The translations under genes and the position numbers were made by a program. 64,000 bases of DNA, taken from the NCBI GenBank assembly GCA_903836575.1, contig CAILRJ010000104.1:12050-76049 (forward strand), written 5' to 3'. Source of the stretch: an uncultured Burkholderiales bacterium (lineage in GTDB: Bacteria; Pseudomonadota; Gammaproteobacteria; Burkholderiales; Burkholderiaceae_D). Positions within the stretch are counted from its first letter, which is position 1, and each line of letters starts with the position of its first letter. This document shows, in pieces, positions 48,350 to 57,980 of this stretch. The notes below the pieces were generated by a model that searched no databases, was not told where the DNA came from, and saw nothing but the letters and a program-made list of their open reading frames with translations.

Positions 48350-48433
48350 AAGTATTAAGTCCAACATGATTGAAAATGATCACTCAGATCAGCGTCGAAT
48401 TCATGGGAATGACTCGAAAGGGGAGGGACAAAC

Positions 48434-48835
48434 TCAGTGATTGAGCCGCACGATCGCACATTGCTGCGCCAGCACCACCAGCTTTACCCCTGGCAGGTCC
48501 GGGCTGTTACCAAGCTGTACCAGTTGGCATTGAAGCGTACCGGTTAGTTGCCCGTCGTACTGCACCAATCGCAAGAAGCGGCCAGCCGAAATCGATCCAT
48601 CTGAAATCGCATACAGTGGCACGCTCTGCCCCTGAAAATCCCGCGTTCGTCCCTGTAGTCCATTGAGGTCACGACCACGCCCCAGTTCTGCCGCACTGCC
48701 GGCATCGAGGTTGACGATGACGTTGCGCTTTTCTTCCAGAACATTCATATGCGCGGCAACCAGCGGTGTCGATGCACCAGCTGACAAGGTGGTAGCACTT
48801 AGTAGCAGGATGCAGAGATGGGAGAGTGTTTTCAT
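48434..48835 (-). CDS. secreted hypothetical protein, last gene of the fliLMNOPQR operon (possibly FlhE-like)
   Basis: 133 aa with signal peptide MKTLSHLCILLLSATTLSAGA and two Cys in the mature part. It starts 18 nt after the fliR stop on the same strand. Size, signal peptide and C-terminus (..IVRLNH) loosely recall FlhE. I could not verify this. Confidence 0.65.
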   Translation of the reverse strand: MKTLSHLCILLLSATTLSAGASTPLVAAHMNVLEEKRNVIVNLDAGSAAELGRGRDLNGLQGRTRDFQGQSVPLYAISDGSISAGRFLRLVQYDGQLTGTLQCQLVQLGNSPDLPGVKLVVLAQQCAIVRLNH

Positions 48836-48853
48836 CGGGGACTTCCTTGCAAA

Positions 48854-49630
48854 TTAACCACCTGTAAGCTGGCGGATTGTAGTAATGGTCTCTTCGAATA
48901 GATTGAGGATCGGCGTTGTCAGGTAGGGCAGGATCAGGCCGAGCATCGTGAAGCCGATTGCCAGCGTGATCGGGAAACCGATACCGAACAGATTGAGGGA
49001 CGGTGCGGCCCGCGTCAGGATACCGAGTGCGATATTGGTGATGAGCAGCGCAGCGACAATCGGCAAGGATAATTGCAGCCCCGCGCTGAACAGGCGACCG
49101 CCCCAGCGCGCAACCTGTTCGGCAATATTGCCGGTCAATGGGCCCACTGTGATCGGCATGGTCGTGAAGCTGTCAACGAGTGTCGACAGCAAGGCCAGAT
49201 GAACATTCGCCGCCAGATAAAGCATCAGCACCAGCAAACCGAGGAACTGACTGACGGCGTTCGAGCGACCGCGTGATTGCGGATCAAAAAAAGTCGCAAA
49301 ACCCAGTCCCATCGTCATGCTTGATACTTCGCCGGCCATTTCAACGGCAGAAAAAATAATCCGCATCGAAAAGCCCATCGCGATTCCTATCATCAATTGC
49401 TGCACCAGGATCAGTAATCCCTGCATCGACATCGGTTCCAGTCCGGCAGGTACCTGCACCAATGGTGCAACAATCATTGCCAGCAAGATGCCCAGTCCGA
49501 CTTTGGTACGGCGCGGCACGCTGCCATTGCTGAACAATGGCGCGACCGCAATCAATCCGAGAATGCGGGTCAACGGCCACAGGAAGCCGGTGATCAGGGC
49601 GTTGAGTTCGGCGGAGCTAAAGTTGAGCAT
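48854..49630 (-). CDS. fliR: flagellar type III export apparatus protein FliR
   Basis: 258-aa polytopic membrane protein in the operon position after fliQ. Confidence 0.95.
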   Translation of the reverse strand: MLNFSSAELNALITGFLWPLTRILGLIAVAPLFSNGSVPRRTKVGLGILLAMIVAPLVQVPAGLEPMSMQGLLILVQQLMIGIAMGFSMRIIFSAVEMAGEVSSMTMGLGFATFFDPQSRGRSNAVSQFLGLLVLMLYLAANVHLALLSTLVDSFTTMPITVGPLTGNIAEQVARWGGRLFSAGLQLSLPIVAALLITNIALGILTRAAPSLNLFGIGFPITLAIGFTMLGLILPYLTTPILNLFEETITTIRQLTGG

Positions 49631-49648
49631 GCAATTGGCTGGTCGGAA

Positions 49649-49918
49649 TCAGCCGATCATCGACGGAATGCCGCTGAACATCTCGCGCATGTAGTCGAGC
49701 ATGATTGACAGCATCCACGGACCGGCAATGATCAGCGTGACAAAAATACCGACCAGTTTTGGAATGAAAGACAGGGTCTGTTCATTGATCTGTGTCGCAG
49801 CCTGGAAAATACTGACGATCAGGCCGATGACCAATGCCACCATTAGCAACGGTGCAGCGACCATTAGCGTGACTTCCATTGCATGCCGTCCCATGGACAT
49901 GACGCTTTCGGGTGTCAT
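49649..49918 (-). CDS. fliQ: flagellar type III export apparatus protein FliQ
   Basis: 89 aa with two TM segments and the motif LVIGLIVSIFQAATQINEQTLSFIPK. Confidence 0.95.
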   Translation of the reverse strand: MTPESVMSMGRHAMEVTLMVAAPLLMVALVIGLIVSIFQAATQINEQTLSFIPKLVGIFVTLIIAGPWMLSIMLDYMREMFSGIPSMIG

Positions 49919-49927
49919 TGGCGTCTC

Positions 49928-50683
49928 CTAGTAAAAGCTTTGTGCCAGCGAACCGATGAGTAACTGCCAGCCATCGACCAGGACGAACAGCATGACCTTG
50001 AATGGTAGTGACACGATAGACGGGGATACCATCATCATCCCCATCGACATCAGCACGCTGGCAACCACCATGTCGATGATCAGGAACGGGATGAAAATGG
50101 CAAAACTGATCTGGAAGGCCGTCTTCAGTTCGCTCGTGACGAAGGCCGGCACCAGGATGCGCAGAGGAACATCTTCGGGACCTTGAAGCGCCGGGCTGTT
50201 GGACAACTTGACGTAAAGGGCCAGATCAGTCTGACGCGTCTGCTTCATCATGAAGGCTTTTAGCGGCGCAATGCCGCGCTCCATGGCCTGGGTCATGTTG
50301 ATTTTGTTTTCCTGTAACGGCAAATAGGCATCGGCATAGATTTTGTCGAGTACCGGACCCATGACGAACAGGGTAAGGAAAAGTGCCAGTCCGACCATCA
50401 CCTGATTCGGGGGTGCCGATTGCGTGCCAAGCGCCTGCCGCAGCAGCGACAATACGATGATGATGCGAGTAAAACTGGTCATCATCAGAAGGGCCGCCGG
50501 CAGGAAGGACAGCGCGGTCAGCAAGAGCAGCGTCTGCAGGCTCAACGTATAGCTCTGTCCGCCACCGGCGGTCGGAGTACTGGTCAAGGCGGGCAGGCCG
50601 GCTTGCTGGGCATACGCGAACAGCGGTAATGCGACCAGGGCTACTGCGCTCCAGCGCAGGCAGGTCGACAACTTAATGTGCAT
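49928..50683 (-). CDS. fliP: flagellar type III export apparatus protein FliP
   Basis: [21 protein letters not shown] and [32 protein letters not shown] motifs. Trimmed to the ATG at 50683. Confidence 0.95.
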   Translation of the reverse strand: MHIKLSTCLRWSAVALVALPLFAYAQQAGLPALTSTPTAGGGQSYTLSLQTLLLLTALSFLPAALLMMTSFTRIIIVLSLLRQALGTQSAPPNQVMVGLALFLTLFVMGPVLDKIYADAYLPLQENKINMTQAMERGIAPLKAFMMKQTRQTDLALYVKLSNSPALQGPEDVPLRILVPAFVTSELKTAFQISFAIFIPFLIIDMVVASVLMSMGMMMVSPSIVSLPFKVMLFVLVDGWQLLIGSLAQSFY

Positions 50684-51161
50684 TGTCCAGTCCGGAAGGG
50701 TTCGACGCGCTCTTGAGCTGATCAGTCTTGCGTTTGTCGATGGTCTGTTTGAGCCAGTCCGAGAAATTCTTGGCAAGTGGTGCGGCGGCGGAGAGTTCTA
50801 CGCCTTCCTGTTTGGGCATCGTCGAGAGCGCGTTGATTGATGTTGGCGTAACACCGACCACGATCCACTGGTTAGCGACTTCGACGACCAAGATGCGTTC
50901 GCGGTTGCCGACGCTGACACCACCGACGATTTTCAGGGCGCCGGCCGCCGCATGTTTGCCGGCTCCCATTTTTTTCATTGACCAGGCGACGGCGACCAGC
51001 AGGCCTAACACGACCATCAGGCCGACCATTACTTGTAGCATGTTGCCCGGGGAAGTTGAGGCCGTTACCGGCGCTGCAACCGGTGCCGTCGCCGAGACTG
51101 CTTGCGCGAAAATGTCCGGCGCTACCAGCAGCGCCGGAAAATACCTCGCAGCCCCCTTCAT
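50673..51161 (-). CDS. fliO: flagellar biosynthesis protein FliO
   Basis: Single TM segment plus a conserved [12 protein letters not shown] segment. Positioned between fliN and fliP, with an ATGA overlap with fliN. Confidence 0.8.
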   Translation of the reverse strand: MKGAARYFPALLVAPDIFAQAVSATAPVAAPVTASTSPGNMLQVMVGLMVVLGLLVAVAWSMKKMGAGKHAAAGALKIVGGVSVGNRERILVVEVANQWIVVGVTPTSINALSTMPKQEGVELSAAAPLAKNFSDWLKQTIDKRKTDQLKSASNPSGLDNAH

Positions 51162-51577
51162 CGGTTGAGCTTCTTGATGCGTTCGGCTGGCGAAATGATA
51201 TCGGTCAGGCGGATACCGAACTTGTCATTGACCACTACGACCTCGCCCTGAGCAATGAGGCAGCCGTTGACCAGCACATCCATCGGTTCGCCGGCAAGGC
51301 CATCAAGTTCGACAACCGAACCTTGCGCCAGTTGCAGCAGGTTTTTGATGGCGATCTTGGTACGACCCAGTTCGACAGTCAGCTGGACCGGGATATCGAG
51401 AATGAAATCAATATCGTTGTGGGTGGTGGTTTTGCTGGTGCTGGCGAATTCCTGAAACACGCTCGGGCTGGCTTGTTGCGCGTTGAGCGCCGCTTTTTCG
51501 GCTTGCTCCTGCTCGGCAATCGCTGCGCCCCAGTCGTCTTCTGCTGCTTGTTGTTCGTCGTTGTCAGCCATTGTCAT
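51158..51577 (-). CDS. fliN: flagellar motor switch protein FliN
   Basis: C-terminal SpoA domain (LDIPVQLTVELGRTKIAIKNLLQLAQGSVVELD...GEVVVVNDKFGIRLTDI). Trimmed to the ATG at 51577. Confidence 0.9.
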   Translation of the reverse strand: MTMADNDEQQAAEDDWGAAIAEQEQAEKAALNAQQASPSVFQEFASTSKTTTHNDIDFILDIPVQLTVELGRTKIAIKNLLQLAQGSVVELDGLAGEPMDVLVNGCLIAQGEVVVVNDKFGIRLTDIISPAERIKKLNR

Positions 51578-52565
51578 CTCCATGCAGTGCGTCGGTTGAA
51601 CTATGGGCCAGTAATTTATCGACCCGTAGTGCGTATTGCCCATTGAGTTTGCCGTACGTGCATTCCATCACCGGCACGCCATCGACTTTCGCCAGCACGA
51701 CCTCCGGGACGGTGAGCGGAATAATGTCGCCGACCCGCATGTTCAGGATATCCCCGAAGTTGCTTCGGGCGACACCGAAATCGGCAACGATTTCGACCTC
51801 CGCTGTCTGAATCTGTTGCGTCATCAGGCGAATCCAGCGCTTATCGACTTCCAGCGTCTCGCCTTGCAGGCTACTGGTGAGTATGTCGCGGATCGGCTCG
51901 ATGGTGGAGTACGGAATACAGAAGTGCATTTCGCCGCTCACAGGACCGAGTTCGACCGTGAATGTGGTGCAGATCACGACTTCGTTAGGCGTGGCGATAT
52001 TGGCAAACTGTGTATTCATTTCGGAACGTATGTACTCGAATTCGACCGGATAGACCGGCTCCCATGACTTCGCATAGTTTTCGAAAACAATAGCCAGGAT
52101 GCGCTGGATGATGCGCTGTTCGGTCTGGGTGAAATCACGACCTTCGACCCGGGTATGGAAACGGCCATCGCCACCGAACAGATTGTCGACGATCAGAAAC
52201 ACCAGATTCGGATCGAACACCATCAGCACTGTGCCGCGCAACGGCTTCATGTGTACCAGATTCAGGTTGGTCGGGACCACCAGATTGCGGATGAATTCAC
52301 TGTACTTCGATACGCGTACGGGGCCGATCGATACTTCGGCGCTGCGCCGCAAGAAGTTAAACAGGCCAATGCGCAGCAGGCGTGCAAACCGTTCATTGAT
52401 GATTTCCAGCGTCGGCATGCGGCCGCGGACGATACGTTCCTGCGTGGCCAGGTTGTAAGGTCGTACGCCAGATTGATCCTCCGGCGCATGCACGTCGTCC
52501 TGATCGCCGTTGACGCCCTTGAGTAGCGCATCGACTTCTTCTTGCGAAAGAAAATTGTCAGCCAT
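51564..52565 (-). CDS. fliM: flagellar motor switch protein FliM
   Basis: N-terminus LSQEEVDALL (CheY-P binding motif), a FliM middle domain and a C-terminal SpoA domain. Confidence 0.95.
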   Translation of the reverse strand: MADNFLSQEEVDALLKGVNGDQDDVHAPEDQSGVRPYNLATQERIVRGRMPTLEIINERFARLLRIGLFNFLRRSAEVSIGPVRVSKYSEFIRNLVVPTNLNLVHMKPLRGTVLMVFDPNLVFLIVDNLFGGDGRFHTRVEGRDFTQTEQRIIQRILAIVFENYAKSWEPVYPVEFEYIRSEMNTQFANIATPNEVVICTTFTVELGPVSGEMHFCIPYSTIEPIRDILTSSLQGETLEVDKRWIRLMTQQIQTAEVEIVADFGVARSNFGDILNMRVGDIIPLTVPEVVLAKVDGVPVMECTYGKLNGQYALRVDKLLAHSSTDALHGDDNG

Positions 52566-52571
52566 AGCCGG

Positions 52572-53093
52572 TTACTGAATCACAAACGAGGTGAAAAACA
52601 CGTCATTAACTTTTTGCGCTTTGCCCCTCTCCGAAAAAGGCTTTTTGATCTGCGCAATGATGTCGTCAGCCAGCTGCTTTTTTCCCTCGGGCGTATTGAT
52701 TTCCGATGCCTTCTTACTCGACAGGACCATCAGAACGCGACTGCGCACTTGTGGCAGGTAGACCTTGATTTCTTCGGATTGCTTGTCGTCTTCAACCTGA
52801 ACCGTCATCGCTACTTGCAAGTACTGGTCGCCGTTTTCCTGTTGCAGATTGACTGTAAACGGATCAAGCACCAGAAACACCGGTGCCTTGGCTTTCTCAT
52901 GAGATTCTTCTTCAACATGCTCACCTGCAGGCTTGGCTTTTTTCATCAGTAAAAAATAACCCGCCGCACCACCGCCGATTGCCAGCACCACAAGCGCGAT
53001 GATGATCAGCTTGAGCTTCGATTTCTTTTTACCGCCGGTCGCGTCGTCTGCTGCTGCTGCTGCCGGAGCGGCGGGTTTAGGTGCTGTCGCCAT
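52572..53093 (-). CDS. fliL: flagellar basal-body-associated protein FliL
   Basis: 173 aa with a single TM segment and a FliL domain (FTVNLQ....YLQV.MTV.V). Confidence 0.9.
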   Translation of the reverse strand: MATAPKPAAPAAAAADDATGGKKKSKLKLIIIALVVLAIGGGAAGYFLLMKKAKPAGEHVEEESHEKAKAPVFLVLDPFTVNLQQENGDQYLQVAMTVQVEDDKQSEEIKVYLPQVRSRVLMVLSSKKASEINTPEGKKQLADDIIAQIKKPFSERGKAQKVNDVFFTSFVIQ

Positions 53094-53290
53094 CTTGTTT
53101 CCTTGTGAACTGCACTGAACTTTCAGTAACCATTATTGAAAAAAAATGCGCTCCCGGATGCGTCGAAAAGAGCACGTAACACCATGCAAATCGTGGCATG
53201 TCCGGGTGCTGGTTTTTGCATCGCCATGGTACGCGAGAAATGGTTACGTGACGACCTCACAAGGGATGCATTTATGTACAGCCACCTGCT

Positions 53291-54436
53291 TCACGCGAAG
53301 GTATCAACCATGCCATTGCCCGCGGAAGTGATGCGACGTGCCGTCACGGCAGTGGTGCCGGACGCGCCGGACTCAACCGTGCGGCGCGCTCCATTGTCAC
53401 GTTGACCTGAATGACTTTGCGGATTGGGACTGCCGGAACTGACATTGGCCTGGCCCAGTGAAATGCCGGCATCGCCGAGCATTTCGCGTAATTTTGGCAG
53501 GGCTGCTTCAAGTGCCTGACGCACTTCCGGCTGGGTCGCAAAGAAGCTGGCGTCAGCCTGGCCGTTGGAAACATTAAGCACTACTTGCAACGGACCGAGG
53601 TCGGGGGGATTGAGTGTCAGCGTAGCGGACTGTTCGGCACCTGCCGCCATCCACACCACACGCTGGCCCAAAGCCTGACTCCAGGCGCTGTTATCTATTT
53701 GTGGCGTCAAGCTATTGCCGGGATGGACACCAGCAGGTGCTGTCATTGTGAATGCAGTTTGCTGTGCCATTTGCTGCACCAGTGGCAGTCCGTTGCCGGC
53801 GACCGGCTGCTCGACAAGTCTGGCAAGTGCGGTGTCCTTGTCGACATTGGCCATCGCAGCTGTTTGCAACGCATTGGTAAATTTGCCGGCATCTTTGGCA
53901 ACCAGCTCCTTGACCGCTGCATCGGTAGGTCCATCGTCAGGCTTGGCGCGCGGGTCGATCCGGAAATTTTTTGCCAGCACATCCGGATCAAGATCGCCTT
54001 TCGTCGACGTCGATGGCGGGACTGCCGCGGGCATGCCGGCATTGGCAACCAGCGCCATGATGGCGGCCGACGCACTGAGTGTGGCATCGGTGCTATTAAC
54101 CGGCAGGGCAGAAGCGTTGCTATCCGCTTTCTCTTTGGTGTCGGTATTCGTCGACTTACTGTCAGCTTGCTCGCTGGCTGGCGCGGTTGTCGTGCTGGTC
54201 TTCGCAGCGGGTTCGTCAATGGTGGCTTTGTTTGATCCATCCGGTGATTTTGCCGATGCTGGCTTCGGTGGATCAGCCGGTTTGGTCGTGGATTTCGGGG
54301 CGATGCGCTCAGTCATCTGACGTGACAGCATTTGATTGAATTGCTGGTCAGGCACATTGTTTTCCGGTGCCCGTGGCTTGGCAGCAGATGCGCTGACGAC
54401 AGGTGCCAGAGTATTCATGATCGGCTTGTTTTGCAT
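53291..54436 (-). CDS. fliK: flagellar hook-length control protein FliK
   Basis: Long low-complexity A/P/S/T-rich region, then a conserved C-terminal domain (LTLNPPDLGPLQVVLNVSNGQADASFFATQPEVRQALEAALPKLREML). Confidence 0.85.
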   Translation of the reverse strand: MQNKPIMNTLAPVVSASAAKPRAPENNVPDQQFNQMLSRQMTERIAPKSTTKPADPPKPASAKSPDGSNKATIDEPAAKTSTTTAPASEQADSKSTNTDTKEKADSNASALPVNSTDATLSASAAIMALVANAGMPAAVPPSTSTKGDLDPDVLAKNFRIDPRAKPDDGPTDAAVKELVAKDAGKFTNALQTAAMANVDKDTALARLVEQPVAGNGLPLVQQMAQQTAFTMTAPAGVHPGNSLTPQIDNSAWSQALGQRVVWMAAGAEQSATLTLNPPDLGPLQVVLNVSNGQADASFFATQPEVRQALEAALPKLREMLGDAGISLGQANVSSGSPNPQSHSGQRDNGARRTVESGASGTTAVTARRITSAGNGMVDTFA

Positions 54437-54456
54437 GATGGCTGCCTGAAGAGGTT

Positions 54457-54897
54457 TTATCGTTTGTAGAGGATTGCGCGCGCCGCATGCTCATCCATGG
54501 CTTTTTGGTCGCGTTTGGCTTCTTTTTGTTGAGCCATCTTGAGCGCGCGGCTGGCCAGTGTGCCGTAGGACATGCGCTTGCGCTCGCTTGATTGCCATGC
54601 TGTGCGTGCTTCTTCAATACGATATCTGGCATCGAGCAGAACCAATTGCTGGCTGGCGATCGCACCATCAAGCTTATCGATAAAAAGCTGAAAATTGCGA
54701 TAACCGGATGGGCTCAGGCCGACCGACAGGCTGTGCTGGAACCGGTTGGCATAATCGTCACGGTATTGTGTCAGCAGAGTCATTTTCTGTTCGACTTCCT
54801 CGCATGCACGGATGGCAAGGCCAAGGCGTTTGGCAGCCTCGTCCGTATCCTTGACGGCGAGTTCGATCAGGGTGTCGATTGCGGAAGAAGTAGCCAT
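54457..54897 (-). CDS. fliJ: flagellar export protein FliJ
   Basis: 146-aa coiled coil in the position between fliI and fliK. Confidence 0.85.
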   Translation of the reverse strand: MATSSAIDTLIELAVKDTDEAAKRLGLAIRACEEVEQKMTLLTQYRDDYANRFQHSLSVGLSPSGYRNFQLFIDKLDGAIASQQLVLLDARYRIEEARTAWQSSERKRMSYGTLASRALKMAQQKEAKRDQKAMDEHAARAILYKR

Positions 54898-54926
54898 ATC
54901 GAATTATCGGTGTCGCATTGATGGTC

Positions 54927-56327
54927 TCATCGGACGAACAGGCTGGAAAGTTGGGTCATGCTTTCGCTTATGGTGGCGCACTCGCGAATGTCCTGCTGCA
55001 AAAAATCTTCGATGCGGGTATTGAGTGCGATCGCTTCGTCGAGCACCGGATCGGAACCGGCACTGTAGGCGCCGACGCTGATGAGGTCACGGTTGCGCTG
55101 GTAGCGCGAATACAGTTGCTTGAGCCGGCGCGTCAGTTTCTGGTGTTCCGGGGTAGTGATACTGTGCATCGCGCGGCTGATCGATTGTTCGATATCGATG
55201 GCCGGATAATGGCCGGCTTCAGCCAGTTGCCTGTTCAGCACGATATGGCCGTCAAGAATGGCGCGCGCCGCATCGGCGATCGGATCCTGCTGGTCATCGC
55301 CCTCGGTCAGTACGGTATAAAAAGCGGTGATCGAACCGCCACCTTCACGGCCATTACCGGCGCGCTCGACTAACGCCGGCAATTTTGCGAATACTGATGG
55401 CGGATAGCCTTTGGTGGCGGGGGGTTCGCCAATGGCCAGGGCGATTTCGCGCTGCGCCATTGCATACCGGGTCAGCGAATCCATGATCATCAGCACATGC
55501 TTGCCCTGATCGCGAAAATGTTCGGCGATTGCCGTTGTATAAGCGGCACCTTGCAGACGCATTAGCGGTGGTGTGTCGGCCGGTGCGGCGACCACGACCG
55601 AGCGTGCCAGACCTTCCGGCCCGAGGATCTGCTCAATGAATTCCTTGACTTCGCGGCCGCGTTCACCGATCAGGCCGACGACGATCACGTCAGCGGTGGT
55701 GTAGCGCGCCATCATGCCAAGCAACACGCTTTTACCGACACCGGAACCGGCAAAGAGTCCCATCCGCTGACCTCGTCCGACGGTCAGCATGCTGTTGATG
55801 GCCCGAACGCCGACATCGAGTACATCGACGATAGGCGCGCGGGTGAGCGGATTGGCGGCGCGCACATTGAGTGGCGCTGCCGAACTTGCATTGAGCGGAC
55901 CGAGGGTGTCGAGCGGCCGGCCGGCGCCATCGAGTACCCGTCCCAGCAGTTCATCGCCAACCGGCAAGTGACGGCCACGGTCGCTGGGGCGTCGACGCGG
56001 ATGGTTGACCGAACCGGCCCGCGGCAGAGATTGCACCGCTTCGACCGGGAATACCCGGGTGCCGGGCACTACGCCTTCGACATCACTTTGCGGCATCAGG
56101 AACAGACGGTCATTATCGAAACCGACCACTTCGGCTTCGATACGGGCACCATTGGGCAGCGGAACGGTACAGGCGCTGCCAACGGCCAGACGGAGTCCGA
56201 TCGCTTCCATGACCAGTCCGGCGACGCGGGTTACGCGGCCCGAAACCTGCATCGGTTCAGCAATCTGCAGCAATTCACGGCAATCGCGCAAATAAGCCTG
56301 CCAGCGCTGGCTACGTTCATGTTGCAT
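54927..56327 (-). CDS. fliI: flagellum-specific ATP synthase FliI
   Basis: Walker A GSGVGKS, Walker [12 protein letters not shown], and an F1/T3SS ATPase fold. Confidence 0.95.
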   Translation of the reverse strand: MQHERSQRWQAYLRDCRELLQIAEPMQVSGRVTRVAGLVMEAIGLRLAVGSACTVPLPNGARIEAEVVGFDNDRLFLMPQSDVEGVVPGTRVFPVEAVQSLPRAGSVNHPRRRPSDRGRHLPVGDELLGRVLDGAGRPLDTLGPLNASSAAPLNVRAANPLTRAPIVDVLDVGVRAINSMLTVGRGQRMGLFAGSGVGKSVLLGMMARYTTADVIVVGLIGERGREVKEFIEQILGPEGLARSVVVAAPADTPPLMRLQGAAYTTAIAEHFRDQGKHVLMIMDSLTRYAMAQREIALAIGEPPATKGYPPSVFAKLPALVERAGNGREGGGSITAFYTVLTEGDDQQDPIADAARAILDGHIVLNRQLAEAGHYPAIDIEQSISRAMHSITTPEHQKLTRRLKQLYSRYQRNRDLISVGAYSAGSDPVLDEAIALNTRIEDFLQQDIRECATISESMTQLSSLFVR

Positions 56328-56329
56328 TG

Positions 56330-56992
56330 TTATTGCTTGAGCCAGCCGGGAGTCTCCCCGAGGGCTTCAGTGAGGCGCTGCCAGCGAATTTCGATGCTGG
56401 CATCGATCTGGTTAGTGGCGGTATCAATGCGACAGCCGCCACGGAGCATCTGGCTATCATCGGCGATGCGCCACCCGGCCTTTTCAAGCTCCTCATGCAT
56501 TTCTTCGCGGACCAGCAAGGCATCAGCCGGATGCAGGTACAGCAGCGCCGGTTGCTGAACGTTCGGCAAATAGCGGATTGCCTCGGCGACGATCGGTAAA
56601 ACCAGTTCGGGTTTGATTTCCAGCGCGGTTTTCAGCATCGCCTGCGCGAGATCGAGTGCCAGTTGCATGACGTCAGTAGAAATCAGTTCATCGGCACGTG
56701 CGGCCTCGCTACCGAGTGCAACGGCGATCTGGCGCAGATGGTCGATTTCGGCATGGGCTTCTTCGCGTCCCAGGCGCAAGCCTTCAATACGGCCGTCAAC
56801 CAGGCCGGTTGCATGACCTTTGATGTGTGCAGCCTCGCGGATAGCGGCCTGTTCTTCGATGGTGACGCGCGCGACCGGTGGTGCGACCGTGACGGATGCC
56901 GTCTGAGCGCTGGGCCGGTTGTCGCCGAACGAATCGATCTCCCAGCGTTGATAAGCCGATTGCCGTTCCTTCGGAATAAGGGTGTCAGACAT
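56330..56992 (-). CDS. fliH: flagellar assembly protein FliH
   Basis: FliH-type central helix and C-terminal domain. Positioned between fliG and fliI. Trimmed to the ATG at 56992 (the track uses the GTG at 57004). Confidence 0.85.
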   Translation of the reverse strand: MSDTLIPKERQSAYQRWEIDSFGDNRPSAQTASVTVAPPVARVTIEEQAAIREAAHIKGHATGLVDGRIEGLRLGREEAHAEIDHLRQIAVALGSEAARADELISTDVMQLALDLAQAMLKTALEIKPELVLPIVAEAIRYLPNVQQPALLYLHPADALLVREEMHEELEKAGWRIADDSQMLRGGCRIDTATNQIDASIEIRWQRLTEALGETPGWLKQ

Positions 56993-57980
56993 AAGCGTCG
57001 TCACCTTTTGCGCCTAGCTGGATCTGGCCTTCGTCGGATAACCGTCTTACCACCTGAAGGATTTCTTTTTGCTGGGCTTCGACTTCGGATAGCCTCACCG
57101 GCCCTTTGGATTCGAGATCTTCGCGCATCATTTCTGCGGCGCGACTGGACATGTTCTTGAATATCTTTTCACGCAAGTCAACATTAGCGCCTTTAAGTGC
57201 AACGATCAGCGAGTCGGACTGGACTTCGCGCAGAATGATCTGGATGCCACGGTCGTCAATGTCCATGATGTTGTCGAAGACAAACATTTCATCCATGATT
57301 TTTTGCGCCATATCGCTGTCGTAATTCTTCAGGTTGGCGATGACCGATTGTTCATTTTCACCGGATAGGAAGTTGAGAATTTCTGCCGCTGCACGAATGC
57401 CGCCCATCGGCTTTTTCTTCAGGCTTTCGTTGCCCGTCAGCAGCTTGGTCAGCACTTCGTTCAGTTCACGCAAGGCAGCTGGCTGAACGCCGTCAAGTGT
57501 GGCGATACGCAACACCACATCATTACGCAGGCGTTCGGTAAAGTGATCCAGCACTTCGCAAGCGTGATACCGCTCCAGGTGAACCAGAATAGTGGCGATG
57601 ATTTGCGGATGCTCATTGCGAATCAGTTCGGCGACCGATTGCGAGTCCATCCACTTGAGACCCTCGATGCCGCTTGCATCGCGCGCGCCGAGAATGCGGT
57701 TAAGCAGCGATGATGCCTTGTCATCCCCAAGTGCCTTGGTCAGCACGGTACGAATGTATTCGTCGGAGTCAAGTCCCAATGCGGAACTGGATTCGGTCTC
57801 CGCGCGAAAGTTCTTCAGGACGCCATCCAGTTCTTCATGGCTGATGGCCTTCATTGTCGACATTGCCGCGCCGAGTTTCTGCACTTCGCGAGGACTGAGA
57901 AATTTCATTACTTCGGCGGCTTCGTCTTCACCCAGGGCGAGCATTAGCACGGCACCTTTATGGACTCCATCGTCACTCAT
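56985..57980 (-). CDS. fliG: flagellar motor switch protein FliG
   Basis: GAVLMLALGEDEAAEV, EHPQIIATILVHL, and the C-terminal torque-generating domain (MSSRAAEMMREDLE). Trimmed to the ATG at 57980. Confidence 0.95.
   Translation of the reverse strand: MSDDGVHKGAVLMLALGEDEAAEVMKFLSPREVQKLGAAMSTMKAISHEELDGVLKNFRAETESSSALGLDSDEYIRTVLTKALGDDKASSLLNRILGARDASGIEGLKWMDSQSVAELIRNEHPQIIATILVHLERYHACEVLDHFTERLRNDVVLRIATLDGVQPAALRELNEVLTKLLTGNESLKKKPMGGIRAAAEILNFLSGENEQSVIANLKNYDSDMAQKIMDEMFVFDNIMDIDDRGIQIILREVQSDSLIVALKGANVDLREKIFKNMSSRAAEMMREDLESKGPVRLSEVEAQQKEILQVVRRLSDEGQIQLGAKGDDAYV

Noticed and set aside
53194-53210. Sigma-54-like TGGCAT-N-GTGCT in the fliK-fliL gap.
   Set aside because: The GG-to-GC spacing is off by one, and the element points away from fliL on the plus strand, where there is no gene to drive.
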